IMG/VR virus record: IMGVR_UViG_3300037044_000090
Location: 1 to 26,942 of that record
Length of the DNA: 26,942 nt
Reading direction: 5' to 3' (one strand)
Origin: a virus
Taxonomy: Duplodnaviria > Caudoviricetes
The number at the start of each line of letters is the position of its first letter. The stretch's first letter is position 1. The position numbers and the translations under genes were made by a program. This document shows positions 1 to 9,279 of this stretch, piece by piece. The notes below the pieces were generated by a model. That model saw only the letters and a program-made list of their open reading frames with translations. It ran no database searches and was not told the origin of the DNA.

Positions 1-4
1 AAAA

Positions 5-328
5 TTATTTAGTCAAATCGCTAATACGATCCTTTAATGTCTGGATCGTTTCTTCCTTTGATTCAAGCAATCTTTCGCGAAGATCACAATTACTACATGA
101 TAAAAATTTATCATTCACTAAATGTGATTCCTGATTAGAATACTTACCTCTGATTAGCCAATTAAGGTCAACATCATTACATTTTGTGAAGATCAAATCA
201 TAATCTATAGTATTTCTTGATTTCCACATACTAATAGTATTTGGTTTAACGCCAAGAAAATTAGCGAGTTGTAAATCACTACTAAGATTGTAATGAGTCT
301 TTAAACGATCTATTAAAAAAATAATCAC
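5..328 (-). CDS. CI-like HTH prophage repressor, short, no S24 peptidase domain
   Basis: HTH SDLQLANFLGVKPNTISMWKSRN followed by DLNWLIRG; C-terminal coiled coil; divergent from Cro-like gene. GTG start uncertain. Confidence 0.85.
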   Translation of the reverse strand: MIIFLIDRLKTHYNLSSDLQLANFLGVKPNTISMWKSRNTIDYDLIFTKCNDVDLNWLIRGKYSNQESHLVNDKFLSCSNCDLRERLLESKEETIQTLKDRISDLTK

Positions 329-398
329 AAAATTTGATTTATTTCTTGCAAAATCACATATCGTGATTATCTTTGCAAAGATTTATCACAAATGTAAT
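324..398. promoter_or_regulatory. Immunity region: operator-like palindromes and rightward early promoter
   Basis: ATCAC-N5-GTGAT perfect at 353-367, imperfect at 324-338 and 385-398 (N4); -7 element TATCTTTG at 368-375 with CTTG at 345-348 (19-nt spacing). Confidence 0.7.
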
Positions 399-409
399 AC
401 ATTACAACA

Positions 410-646
410 ATGAATGTCAACACGAAAATTAAACATCCGGAAAACCTGCAGGTTAAAGCCAGGCTCACACATGGCGATATGATTGAGCTGGCACGCAAGC
501 TTGGCCGCAGCCCCAACCACATAAGGGCCATAATGAGCGGCCACCGGCTGATGAAACCTTATGTGGCCGAAGCTGTGGCAGCCATGTTTAACGAGCGGCG
601 CGCCGCCCTCAAAAAAGTGCAACGGGCCATTAGCCAGGATAAATAA
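410..646 (+). CDS. Cro/Ner-like HTH regulator
   Basis: HTH-like GDMIELARKLGRSPNHIRAIMSG; first gene of early operon. Confidence 0.75.
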   Translation: MNVNTKIKHPENLQVKARLTHGDMIELARKLGRSPNHIRAIMSGHRLMKPYVAEAVAAMFNERRAALKKVQRAISQDK

Positions 647-661
647 AAAACACGCGACACG

Positions 662-1531
662 ATGAAAGATCAATACACAAAGCAGTGGATCATTGACAAC
701 TCAATAGACATATTGAGCAGCTACTACGATGGCACACTCACCCTGCGCGCACTGCACTACCAGCTGGTTGGCCTTGGAATGACAAACGACACACAGCACT
801 ACAAGCGCGTGGTGAAGGCGATGATTGATGCGCGATGGGCCGGCCTTGTTTCGTTTGAAAAATTTTCGGATCTGGAGCGCGAAATGGTTGGGCAAACCGA
901 TTACGAAGAAACGGTGCTGGATGATGAGATAGAACGTGCAAAAGATGCGATACAGGGCTGGATGACATTCTATAAAAAGAACCGCTGGGAAAATCAGCCT
1001 TATTACCCCGAAATTTTTATTGAGAAAAAGGCCTTACAGGGCGTTTTTGCTCGCATGTGTAGCCAGTGGGATGTGGCACTTGGTGCCTGCAAGGGATACC
1101 CGTCGCTCACTTTTCTCAACGATGCCTACAAACGCTTCGATGCAGCTGCCACCGCCGGAAAAAAACCTGTGATCATTTACTTTGGCGATTACGATCCATC
1201 GGGCGAAGATATACCACGCAGCATCCAGGACAACATTGAGCGCATGGGCGTGATAGTGGAGGTAAGGCGCATTGCCCTCATGGAGCACCAGGTGATTGCC
1301 TGGAAGCTCCCACACGCTCCCACCAAAGACAGCGACACGCGCTCTGCCACATGGACCGGTTTTGGCCAGGTTGAGCTCGATGCCGTGAAACCAGAAAAGC
1401 TGATGCAGCTGCTTGAGGATGCCTTGCTTGATATTTTTGATCAGACCCTTTTTGAAGAGCTGCAGGATATTGAGCACCAGGAGAAGAAGCTGTATCGCGA
1501 AAACCTAAAAGACTATGTTCAAGGTCTTTGA
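662..1531 (+). CDS. Spo11/TopoVI-A-like (Mini-A/JetD-related) winged-helix + Toprim protein
   Basis: TLRALHY (like the T-x-R-x-x-Y-Y catalytic helix), IFIEKKAL, KGYPS, YFGDYDPSG (DxD), ELDA. Confidence 0.8.
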   Translation: MKDQYTKQWIIDNSIDILSSYYDGTLTLRALHYQLVGLGMTNDTQHYKRVVKAMIDARWAGLVSFEKFSDLEREMVGQTDYEETVLDDEIERAKDAIQGWMTFYKKNRWENQPYYPEIFIEKKALQGVFARMCSQWDVALGACKGYPSLTFLNDAYKRFDAAATAGKKPVIIYFGDYDPSGEDIPRSIQDNIERMGVIVEVRRIALMEHQVIAWKLPHAPTKDSDTRSATWTGFGQVELDAVKPEKLMQLLEDALLDIFDQTLFEELQDIEHQEKKLYRENLKDYVQGL

Positions 1532-1566
1532 TCAATAATAAGCAACAAAAAGCAAAATTCACGCAA

Positions 1567-1737
1567 ATGGAAAAAAAACATGTTCACATCCACATCAATA
1601 TAGCTGCCTTAATTGGTGCTGTAAACATTAAACAAACCCGCAGAAGGCTGCGCAAAAGGCAAATAATCGAGTTGCAAAAGCAAATTGAAAAAGCCCTTGT
1701 ACAGGCAGTTAAATGTACTAAACAAGCTATAAGTTAA
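1567..1737 (+). CDS. Small basic hypothetical protein
   Basis: ATG at 1567 after A-rich leader, inside ORF 1528-1737. Confidence 0.45.
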   Translation: MEKKHVHIHINIAALIGAVNIKQTRRRLRKRQIIELQKQIEKALVQAVKCTKQAIS

Positions 1738-1921
1738 TGGTTGGATATTCAATTATCAAGCTAAGGTAAATGCGGCATACAATGAGCATATCATCAAAAT
1801 TAAAACCTGGATTTTCATCAACAGCCTTTCGACAGCAGATTTTAAATTTCTCGATTTGCAAGGGATGCAATCCTTCTAATATGCCTGATGATTCAAAATG
1901 ATTAAACACTTCAATTTCCAT
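1727..1921 (-). CDS. Small hypothetical protein (64 aa) antisense to early operon
   Basis: ATG at 1921 (MEIEVFNHF...); own -7 element TACATTTG on minus strand at 1955-1948. Confidence 0.6.
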   Translation of the reverse strand: MEIEVFNHFESSGILEGLHPLQIEKFKICCRKAVDENPGFNFDDMLIVCRIYLSLIIEYPTINL

Positions 1922-2020
1922 AAAACTACATTTTAAAGTTAGCACCACAAATGTAGAAAAATCCCGGAGATAAGCGTGAGCAGCTGGATCGAATCGGCCT
2001 CCGGGAGCAAACAAAAAAAA

Positions 2021-4120
2021 ATGGCAATGCCCGAGTATTATCAAAACATATTGTGCGTGAGCAAACCCGAGCTAACCGACGGCCCAAACCCGGTAATGAC
2101 GGTGGATGCTTATGATAGTTATGTTAGAAGATATAGCCAAGTTCGCCTGCGCATGGGCAAGGGCAAGGGTTGCCCGGCGCTGCTAAGTTTTGACAATTTG
2201 CGTGCCGACATAAAGGAGGGCTACATAGCCAAATATGGCCACCCGCGCAGCGATGGCGCCGCCGGGCTGCTGCGCCGGATGATAGAAACCGACTACGCCG
2301 CCATTGATTTTTTTGCCACGCACCGTGTGCCAGGCAGTGGCAAGCATTTGCTGCCAGACCGGCAAAAAGAATATGTGGCCAACGCGCAGGTGCTGGCAGC
2401 GCTGTCAAAAATGAGCCAGGCCAGCAAGCAAACTATCAAAGCCCTTGGAGGCAACAGCCGCCACCTGTGGCCCAACCTGGCCGAAACAGTGGCAAAGCTC
2501 AAAACCGAAACAGGCCACAGCCTGCCCGCAAACCATCTTCGCCTTAAGCAAAAGGTTGAGGATTTTGCCAGGGCCCAGGGCGACGAACGCTACCTGGTGA
2601 TTATTCCCGACAAGTATGGCAATGCCAATGCCGCCAAAGTGACCGACAAGCAGCAACAAAGCACACTGCGCCAGCTGCTGCGCAAGCACCAGAATTTCGA
2701 CAACGAGCAAATACGCATGTTGTACAACATCGTGGCTGAGAATATGGGCTGGGACATGATCAGCGCGCAAACAGTGGCCAACTACCGCAAAAAATGGGAT
2801 ATGGCCACTTATGGCGGGCGCGTGGGCGAAACAGGCTTCGACAATGCAAAAGCCATGCTTGTGAAACGCAAGGCACCAACACTGCCGCTCTATTACTGGA
2901 CCGTTGACGGCTGGGATGCCGAGCTGTTGTATCAACGCACCGACATTGACAAGAATGGCCACAGCGTGACCACCTACCACAACCGCCCGACAATGGTTGT
3001 GGTGCTCGACCCAAGCCTGAAATACCCGGTGGGCTATGCCATTGGCACCCACGAAACCCCCGAGCTCATTAGGCAGGCACTGCGCAATGCCTATCAGCAT
3101 ATCAAGGAGCTGTTTGGCAACTACTACAAAGTGCTGCAACTGCAGAGCGATAACTATGGAGGCGGCAAGCTGCGCAGCATCTATGAGTTTGTGAGCGAAA
3201 AATACACACCTGCACGCGCTCACAATGCAAAGGCAAAAGTGATTGAACCCTGGTTCAAATGGTTTAACGAAACCCACTGCCAAATGATGCCAAACTGGAG
3301 CGGTGTGGGTGTGGCGAGCGGAAGCAGCAGGCAGCCCAATGCTGAATATCTGAACAAGATAAGGCACAGCTTCCCGGATTATGCAGGAGTGATACAGCAG
3401 TTAGATGTGTTGATGCAGATGGCACGGGGCAAGCAGCGCGAAGCCTACATCAAATCATTTGACGATCTGCCGGAGGCCGACAAGAAACCAATGCAGGTAG
3501 CTGATTTTCTGTTTATGCTGGGCGAGACAACCGGATATGTCAACAAGCTCACCGCACCCGGGGTGGTGGCCACCATTGGCGGCGAAGAAAAGGTGTATGA
3601 CAGCTTTGATCCTAAGTTCAGGTTGAACGCGCATGAAAGCTGGGTATTGAAATACAATCCTGACGATACAACACAGGTGCTGGCCGTGAGTGCCAAAGGG
3701 CACAATGGCCGTCTGGAGCAGGTGGTTGGCGACAAACGCTTTCTTCTCACCGAAAAATATGTGCAACCGATGGCCTTGCGCGAGCGTGAGGAGGAGGATA
3801 GTAAGCAGCTTGCCTTAGTGAGGGGCTTCAATGCAGGGCTCAAAGCGGAACTGATTGAAGCGGCAGCCGAAGATTTTAACCAGGTGAATCAGCTCTTTGA
3901 GGCCAATCCAAAGCTTAATAACACCCTGGCAAAGCTTGTTTTGGTTGACAGCAACGGGCAGCACAAGGATCAAAAGTCGGGCTTGCGCCTGCAGGCAGCT
4001 AAAAAACAGCTTGACCGCCAGGCAAAAAAAGACGAAAACGATGCTGCAAAGCTTTGGCAACGCCAACAGGAAGCCTACCTTGATAGTAAAGTGAATGTGA
4101 ACGAATACATTGAATCTTAA
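2021..4120 (+). CDS. Mu-like DDE transposase (MuA equivalent)
   Basis: Triad motifs WTVDGWD, QSDNYG, KAKVIEPWF; about 700 aa; followed by AAA ATPase. ATG 2021 or 2027 preferred to GTG 1976. Confidence 0.92.
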   Translation: MAMPEYYQNILCVSKPELTDGPNPVMTVDAYDSYVRRYSQVRLRMGKGKGCPALLSFDNLRADIKEGYIAKYGHPRSDGAAGLLRRMIETDYAAIDFFATHRVPGSGKHLLPDRQKEYVANAQVLAALSKMSQASKQTIKALGGNSRHLWPNLAETVAKLKTETGHSLPANHLRLKQKVEDFARAQGDERYLVIIPDKYGNANAAKVTDKQQQSTLRQLLRKHQNFDNEQIRMLYNIVAENMGWDMISAQTVANYRKKWDMATYGGRVGETGFDNAKAMLVKRKAPTLPLYYWTVDGWDAELLYQRTDIDKNGHSVTTYHNRPTMVVVLDPSLKYPVGYAIGTHETPELIRQALRNAYQHIKELFGNYYKVLQLQSDNYGGGKLRSIYEFVSEKYTPARAHNAKAKVIEPWFKWFNETHCQMMPNWSGVGVASGSSRQPNAEYLNKIRHSFPDYAGVIQQLDVLMQMARGKQREAYIKSFDDLPEADKKPMQVADFLFMLGETTGYVNKLTAPGVVATIGGEEKVYDSFDPKFRLNAHESWVLKYNPDDTTQVLAVSAKGHNGRLEQVVGDKRFLLTEKYVQPMALREREEEDSKQLALVRGFNAGLKAELIEAAAEDFNQVNQLFEANPKLNNTLAKLVLVDSNGQHKDQKSGLRLQAAKKQLDRQAKKDENDAAKLWQRQQEAYLDSKVNVNEYIES

Positions 4121-4152
4121 TCCAATAATGTTGAATTAAACCAAAAAAAAGA

Positions 4153-5100
4153 ATGGAAAATTCTACCAAACAACAAATCATGGCTGCTGTTGAGCAGTTT
4201 CTTACAACCCACGGGATGACGGCCACCGACTTGGCCAAGCGAGCCGGGGTGAACAACACCTACCTGAGCACCATGCGCCAGGGACAAACGCAGATAGGCG
4301 CCGGGCAGGGCAATATGGTTGACATTGCCGACAGGTATTACGAAATGCTTGCCAAATACATTGATTTCAAGCTCACGAAAACCTATTGGCAAACAGTGCC
4401 TACAACGCAGTTTAAGCAGATAATAAGCACACTCGAAGATGCACGCGAATATGGTGCCACCAATGTGGTGATAGGCGAAACAGGCAGCGGCAAAACCTTT
4501 GTGAGCAAGATTTTCCAACGCAAATACCCAATGGATTGTTTTGTTGTAAAAGTTGGATCGAGCGACAACCTGGGCGATTTGATTGAGAAGATATGCGAAG
4601 CGGTTGGCAGTGTCACGATCGAAAAAACGAAAAGCAAGACGTTGCGTGCCATCGTGAAAAGGCTTCAGTTGTTGAAAATGGACGGTTTTAAGCCCACTGT
4701 GATCTTTGATGAGGCCGAATATATGAAGCAGCCTGCTTTGTGCAACCTGAAGGAGCTTTACGACGCCCTGAACGGAACATGCAGCCTGGTGCTCATGGGC
4801 ACAGAGCAGCTGAGCAGAAACATTGAAAAAATGCGCCGCAAAAACCGCGACGGCATCCCCCAGCTATACCGCCGCATAAAGTTTGGATACAGACCGCTCA
4901 ATAGCATTGACCGCACTTATAAGCTCTTTTTTGCTACCGGCGTTTACAGTGCCGAAGTGATGCGCTTTTTGCGCGAAAACTGCGAAAACTACGGCGAGCT
5001 GCACGATGTGCTCGTTCCGGCATTGCGCGAAGCCGACCGATCAGGCCAGGAACTCACCGTGGAGCTCATCCGAACCATGTTAAACATGCCTAATATATAA
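4153..5100 (+). CDS. MuB-like transposition AAA+ ATPase with N-terminal HTH
   Basis: N-terminal HTH, Walker A GETGSGKT, Walker B VIFDEAE, LYRR arginine finger; adjacent to transposase. Confidence 0.9.
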   Translation: MENSTKQQIMAAVEQFLTTHGMTATDLAKRAGVNNTYLSTMRQGQTQIGAGQGNMVDIADRYYEMLAKYIDFKLTKTYWQTVPTTQFKQIISTLEDAREYGATNVVIGETGSGKTFVSKIFQRKYPMDCFVVKVGSSDNLGDLIEKICEAVGSVTIEKTKSKTLRAIVKRLQLLKMDGFKPTVIFDEAEYMKQPALCNLKELYDALNGTCSLVLMGTEQLSRNIEKMRRKNRDGIPQLYRRIKFGYRPLNSIDRTYKLFFATGVYSAEVMRFLRENCENYGELHDVLVPALREADRSGQELTVELIRTMLNMPNI

Positions 5101-5103
5101 GCA

Positions 5104-5721
5104 ATGACACGGGCATATAGTGTTGATGATATTCTTAAAAAGAAACACAAGCTCATAGAATGGGATGGCGATTGGTACAATGCATTTGGCTTGGTTGGTT
5201 GGGTTGGCATTTGGTTTGTCTGGGGAAATTCAGGCAATGGAAAGACCTCATTTATCATCCAGCTAATGAAAACCTTGTCTCAATTCTTTAAAATTGCCTT
5301 TGTAAGTCTGGAGGAAGGGTCTGACTTTACCGTGCAAAAATCATTCTTAAAACACGGATTGCAGGAAGCGCGCAAGCGAATTATTGTAATTGAGGATGAA
5401 ACTATCGAAGAGATTGAAGCGCGAATGCTTAAACCAAAAGCACCCCACGTGTGGATTATAGATAGCTTCCAATACACCGACATGAATTATAAGCAATACC
5501 GCGAGTTTAAGCACCGGCACCGAAACAAGCTTATAATTCTGATTTCACATGCCGATGGTAAACAACCAATGGGTCGCAGCGCAAGGAGCGTGATGTATGA
5601 TGCGGCGCTTAAGATCTGGGTTGAAGGCTACAGGGCAATGAGCAAAGGCAGATACATAGGACCAAATGGAGGAATATATACAGTGTGGCCTGAGGGCGAA
5701 CAAAAATATTGGGGATCATAA
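5104..5721 (+). CDS. RecA/KaiC/Sms-like P-loop ATPase
   Basis: Walker A GNSGNGKT, SLEE motif, Walker B WIIDS, ILISH. Confidence 0.8.
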   Translation: MTRAYSVDDILKKKHKLIEWDGDWYNAFGLVGWVGIWFVWGNSGNGKTSFIIQLMKTLSQFFKIAFVSLEEGSDFTVQKSFLKHGLQEARKRIIVIEDETIEEIEARMLKPKAPHVWIIDSFQYTDMNYKQYREFKHRHRNKLIILISHADGKQPMGRSARSVMYDAALKIWVEGYRAMSKGRYIGPNGGIYTVWPEGEQKYWGS

Positions 5722-5724
5722 AAC

Positions 5725-6129
5725 ATGAAAACAGAAACATTAAAGAAAAACAGGGCGCAAAAGCAGCTCGAGCTTGCCGGGCAGGTGTGCGCAATCTTGA
5801 AGAAAGACGAACATTGGATAAGCAATGTTAAATTTGAAACAGCCTGCCTGTACATGGAAGGCCTGCTGGATGGCAATGATGCTATTGCACGGGAATTTCT
5901 GCGCGAGAAGATGTTTTGGGGCTGGTGGAAACAGCAATGGGCCCTCATTGACGAGTTGTGGATAGCGCGTGCCGTAAAAACAAGCCTGTCGCCTGAGCTG
6001 CTTCAGGCATGGTATATGAAGATGCATCTGGAGCTTGATAAATATCCGGATGATATTGTGTGGGAACAGGTGAACACCAACTATATGCAGATGGTGGCAG
6101 CAATCATCGAAAAAAACGCGAAACAATGA
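5725..6129 (+). CDS. Hypothetical phage protein (Trp-rich)
   Basis: Tightly packed ORF; FWGWWKQQW motif. Confidence 0.75.
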   Translation: MKTETLKKNRAQKQLELAGQVCAILKKDEHWISNVKFETACLYMEGLLDGNDAIAREFLREKMFWGWWKQQWALIDELWIARAVKTSLSPELLQAWYMKMHLELDKYPDDIVWEQVNTNYMQMVAAIIEKNAKQ

Positions 6130-6392
6130 TGATAATGCGATTAGTATCAAACATAATCTACAAGCCATTGTTTGCCGCGATCCTCAAAAGACAGATAAAA
6201 AGCGCAAACAAATGGCAGCAGCTCACCGGATACCGCTATATCATCATGCTGTGGAACGGCTGGCCCAGGACATACCGCAAGAAGGACCTGGAAGAAAAGA
6301 TCAAACGCCGCCAGTTTGGCAAAAACATAAAGATAACCGATCTGGAGCGCGATGCACTATACATCACTCAGCTTAAAAAGAAACATCAATGA
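6126..6392 (+). CDS. Hypothetical basic protein
   Basis: ATGA overlaps with both neighbours. Confidence 0.65.
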   Translation: MMIMRLVSNIIYKPLFAAILKRQIKSANKWQQLTGYRYIIMLWNGWPRTYRKKDLEEKIKRRQFGKNIKITDLERDALYITQLKKKHQ

Positions 6393-6610
6393 GCAATCTT
6401 CACAAAAGGGGAAAATTAGAGCTTGAGAATAAAATTGCAAGCCTCAATAAAAGAATTGATGAGTTATCGAACAACAAAACAATAGAATTGGAAGAGAGAA
6501 TAAGCCAAATAGCTGCGTTGCAGCATAAGCTTGCCTGTACTATAACAAGGCTTGCCCTTCTTAAAGGGCAAACAATTCAAGAAGTAAGTACACTTAACTA
6601 TAAACCTTAA
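6389..6610 (+). CDS. Small coiled-coil hypothetical protein
   Basis: ATGA overlap; heptad pattern. Confidence 0.65.
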   Translation: MSNLHKRGKLELENKIASLNKRIDELSNNKTIELEERISQIAALQHKLACTITRLALLKGQTIQEVSTLNYKP

Positions 6611-6623
6611 AAACTGTTTTAAA

Positions 6624-7280
6624 ATGGATTTACAAAACCTTTCACCCGAAGAAAAACGCAAAATGCTGGCCGATCTGGAGGCCGACGTAAAAGCTGAAGA
6701 TGCCCGCAAACGACGCGAGAAAAAAGCCTATGAAGCCATGCGGGATCAAACTGTGCGCAAAATGTTTAAAAAGCTTGAGAAGCTTTCCAAAATGATTCTT
6801 GATACAAAAAGCGAAGCTTTTGAAACTTTTGAAACAATTCTCAATCTAAAAAGAGAACTCTACCAGGTTGGCGATGCCCGCTGGCAATCGCAGCAAAGCC
6901 ACACGTTTACCACAGAGGATCAAAAGATGAGCATTATCATCGGACACAACGTGATTGACCGCTGGGACGAAACAGTATCGGCAGGCGTTGAATTTGTGAA
7001 TAAATGGCTCAATTCCCTGGCAAAAGACGATGAAAGTGCTGTGCTTGTGGATATGATACGCGATTTGATGAAACCCGACAAAGAAGGTCAATTGAAAGCA
7101 AACCGTGTGCTGGAGCTTGCAAAAAAGGCCGATGAGATTGGCAATGCCGACCTTAAAGAAGGCGTTCGCATCATCCGCGATGCTTACCGTCCGGCCAAGA
7201 CAAGCACCTTCCTGAAGGCAAAATACAAGGACGAGCTTGGACGCGATCAGTGGTTGCCACTTAGCATGAGCGCCGTATGA
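6624..7280 (+). CDS. DUF3164-like Mu-type phage protein
   Basis: Helical N-terminus, QQSHTFT, terminal W..LS motif; typical of Mu-like early regions. Confidence 0.75.
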   Translation: MDLQNLSPEEKRKMLADLEADVKAEDARKRREKKAYEAMRDQTVRKMFKKLEKLSKMILDTKSEAFETFETILNLKRELYQVGDARWQSQQSHTFTTEDQKMSIIIGHNVIDRWDETVSAGVEFVNKWLNSLAKDDESAVLVDMIRDLMKPDKEGQLKANRVLELAKKADEIGNADLKEGVRIIRDAYRPAKTSTFLKAKYKDELGRDQWLPLSMSAV

Positions 7281-7528
7281 TCAGGCTCTTTATCACTGCT
7301 TACCTGCAGGTGGCTTTGGTATCGGCAAACACCTGGTTTGTGGCTCAGGGAGCTTGGGCAGGTGTGGCCGTGTGCAGCTTCGGCATCAGCTATGTGTGGA
7401 CACTGAATGTGAAGAAAATAAGCGCATCAACCACCATGCAGCGCATTGCCTACAGCAGCGGTGCCATGCTTGGTGGTTTGACTGGTATGGCGCTGAGTAT
7501 GTTCATATCAAAAACAAAATTGCCATGA
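7277..7528 (+). CDS. Small multi-TM membrane protein
   Basis: Two to three hydrophobic segments; ATGA overlaps. Confidence 0.7.
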   Translation: MIRLFITAYLQVALVSANTWFVAQGAWAGVAVCSFGISYVWTLNVKKISASTTMQRIAYSSGAMLGGLTGMALSMFISKTKLP

Positions 7529-7668
7529 CAAGCCAGCAAATACTGATGGATATTGCCCTGTTGATGACCTTTACCTGCATTGCATTGTTGGCGGTGATAG
7601 CATTAGCAATTTTCATACACTACAAAATAATAGCGGAATCAAAATGGAAGCAACAAAAGGACAACTAA
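7525..7668 (+). CDS. Small single-TM protein
   Basis: ATG 7525 overlaps previous stop; one hydrophobic helix. Confidence 0.5.
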   Translation: MTSQQILMDIALLMTFTCIALLAVIALAIFIHYKIIAESKWKQQKDN

Positions 7669-8066
7669 GGATATTTCATGCAATTTTAGCCAAGCGGGGC
7701 ATTGCCGACATGAAATCACAATTGGTGAGCAGCCAAAGTGATGGTCGCACAGAACACGCCTCGGAGCTTACGGTGACTGAATTGTCAAACCTTATCAAGC
7801 GGCTGCAGCTGGAGCCGGAGATTAGGTTTGACAGTGCTAAAGAAGCCGAAAACAGGATGCGCCGCAGGATACTAAGTTTATGCTATTCAATTGGCTGGAC
7901 AATATTAAACAGAGAAAAAAGCAAGCAGGAAGTTGATTGGGCAAAACTGAATGCCTGGCTCGTTAAATATGGATACTTGCACAAACTTTTGAATGAGTAT
8001 AACTATCATGAGCTTACTAAGCTGGTAACGCAGTTCGAGAATTTTACAAAAACAGAGATGTTATGA
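7644..8066 (+). CDS. GemA/gp16-like protein
   Basis: Q..IH/FH helix and GRTEHASELTVTEL..LI repeat with second L..Y...EL..LV..F repeat; typical position. Confidence 0.6.
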   Translation: MEATKGQLRIFHAILAKRGIADMKSQLVSSQSDGRTEHASELTVTELSNLIKRLQLEPEIRFDSAKEAENRMRRRILSLCYSIGWTILNREKSKQEVDWAKLNAWLVKYGYLHKLLNEYNYHELTKLVTQFENFTKTEML

Positions 8067-8482
8067 AAAAATATAGTCTCACATCGGTAGCCTTTGATGG
8101 CGAAGTGGTTTTTGAATTCGATGATGCGGGCTTATTACTTCGTTTTGATATGAGCCAGGCGAGCTTGAGTGAAGACCAACAGCTATTTATTTTACGTAAA
8201 ATTCCACGCGAGTTGTCAGAAGTGCAACGCGTGATTGCTAACAGCGACACTGCTAAACTGACAGAAATTGATACAGAAGTGAGTTTTGAGGCCTTCTGGA
8301 ACCGCTACGACGAGAAGATACGCAGCAGTAAAAAAAAATCTTTGAAAATATGGCATCGCTTGAGCAAAACTGATAAAATTAAAGCCTTCAGATTCATCCA
8401 AAAATATGAAATGAGTCTTTACCAGGGCACAGCCAAGAAGTATGCAGAAACCTATCTAAACAGCGAGTTATGGAACAATTAA
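8063..8482 (+). CDS. Hypothetical protein with replication-initiator-like C-terminal helical domain
   Basis: FEAFWNRY..K...KKK....W..L and YAETYLN...W motifs. Confidence 0.65.
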   Translation: MKKYSLTSVAFDGEVVFEFDDAGLLLRFDMSQASLSEDQQLFILRKIPRELSEVQRVIANSDTAKLTEIDTEVSFEAFWNRYDEKIRSSKKKSLKIWHRLSKTDKIKAFRFIQKYEMSLYQGTAKKYAETYLNSELWNN

Positions 8483-8670
8483 GCAACGAAGCCAGGCTCA
8501 AAGCACGCCGCAGGCGCTACCGGCTTCACTACATGATACGCAAAGCCGGATTTAGGCTCAACACTTCCAACAGAACCATTTACCTGTCTGCCACCTGCAA
8601 ACAAGACAATAAACATGTGCTGATACTGCACCGCCAATTTTGTTATGCACTACAAACTGTAATTGAATAA
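8470..8670 (+). CDS. Small basic hypothetical protein
   Basis: Packed ORF in operon. Confidence 0.6.
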   Translation: MEQLSNEARLKARRRRYRLHYMIRKAGFRLNTSNRTIYLSATCKQDNKHVLILHRQFCYALQTVIE

Positions 8671-8674
8671 AGAA

Positions 8675-9049
8675 ATGAGCAACTTAGTTTTACATAAAAA
8701 TCAGGCCGATGAGCAGATACTCATGCGGCTGCTGTCGAAAAAGATCAACATCACTCTGGCTTATGATGAGCTCAAGAGTCTTGATCAGATTGTTAAGCAC
8801 TGGATTGTTAATCAGAACCTGTCCGAAGCCGATATCTATGAGCAAGCCTTGAGGCAGGCAGTGCTGAAGGTGGTTGAAACAAAGTTCAGGCCACGGATTT
8901 TCCGACTACCAAAAACCGTTACACTGAAGTTTGACCTTATGCAGGCTTTTGTGCTGCATCAGGTGCTCGAAAACATAATCTTTGAGCAATCTTCGTTCGA
9001 GATCAATGTAGCAACGCGTGTGTTTGCGCAGATTGACAAGCAATTATGA
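8675..9049 (+). CDS. Hypothetical protein
   Basis: ATG 8675 just after previous stop. Confidence 0.65.
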   Translation: MSNLVLHKNQADEQILMRLLSKKINITLAYDELKSLDQIVKHWIVNQNLSEADIYEQALRQAVLKVVETKFRPRIFRLPKTVTLKFDLMQAFVLHQVLENIIFEQSSFEINVATRVFAQIDKQL

Positions 9050-9279
9050 TGATGATTGACCAGGAACAGCAAAACGAAATGCTTGAGCATTTGCGCCAAA
9101 TCACTACCGATGCGCAACTAACCACCACGGGCAATATGCCCCACCGCCTTGCCAGGATACACGCCACAGCACAATATTTGATCATGCTTATTGAAGAAAA
9201 CCAGCAACACGAAGAAAATGGCTTACAAGAACGACAACCGGCTGCGCCGGATCATCCGCATTCAGGAGATAACGCTTGA
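9046..9279 (+). CDS. Hypothetical protein
   Basis: ATGA overlap; 3' end overlaps next gene by 62 nt. Confidence 0.5.
   Translation: MMMIDQEQQNEMLEHLRQITTDAQLTTTGNMPHRLARIHATAQYLIMLIEENQQHEENGLQERQPAAPDHPHSGDNA

Noticed and set aside
2405-3367. 320-aa minus-strand ORF
   Set aside because: Antisense shadow of the transposase with no motifs.
7277-7668. Holin call for the small membrane proteins
   Set aside because: Located in the early operon with no endolysin in the window; unsupported.
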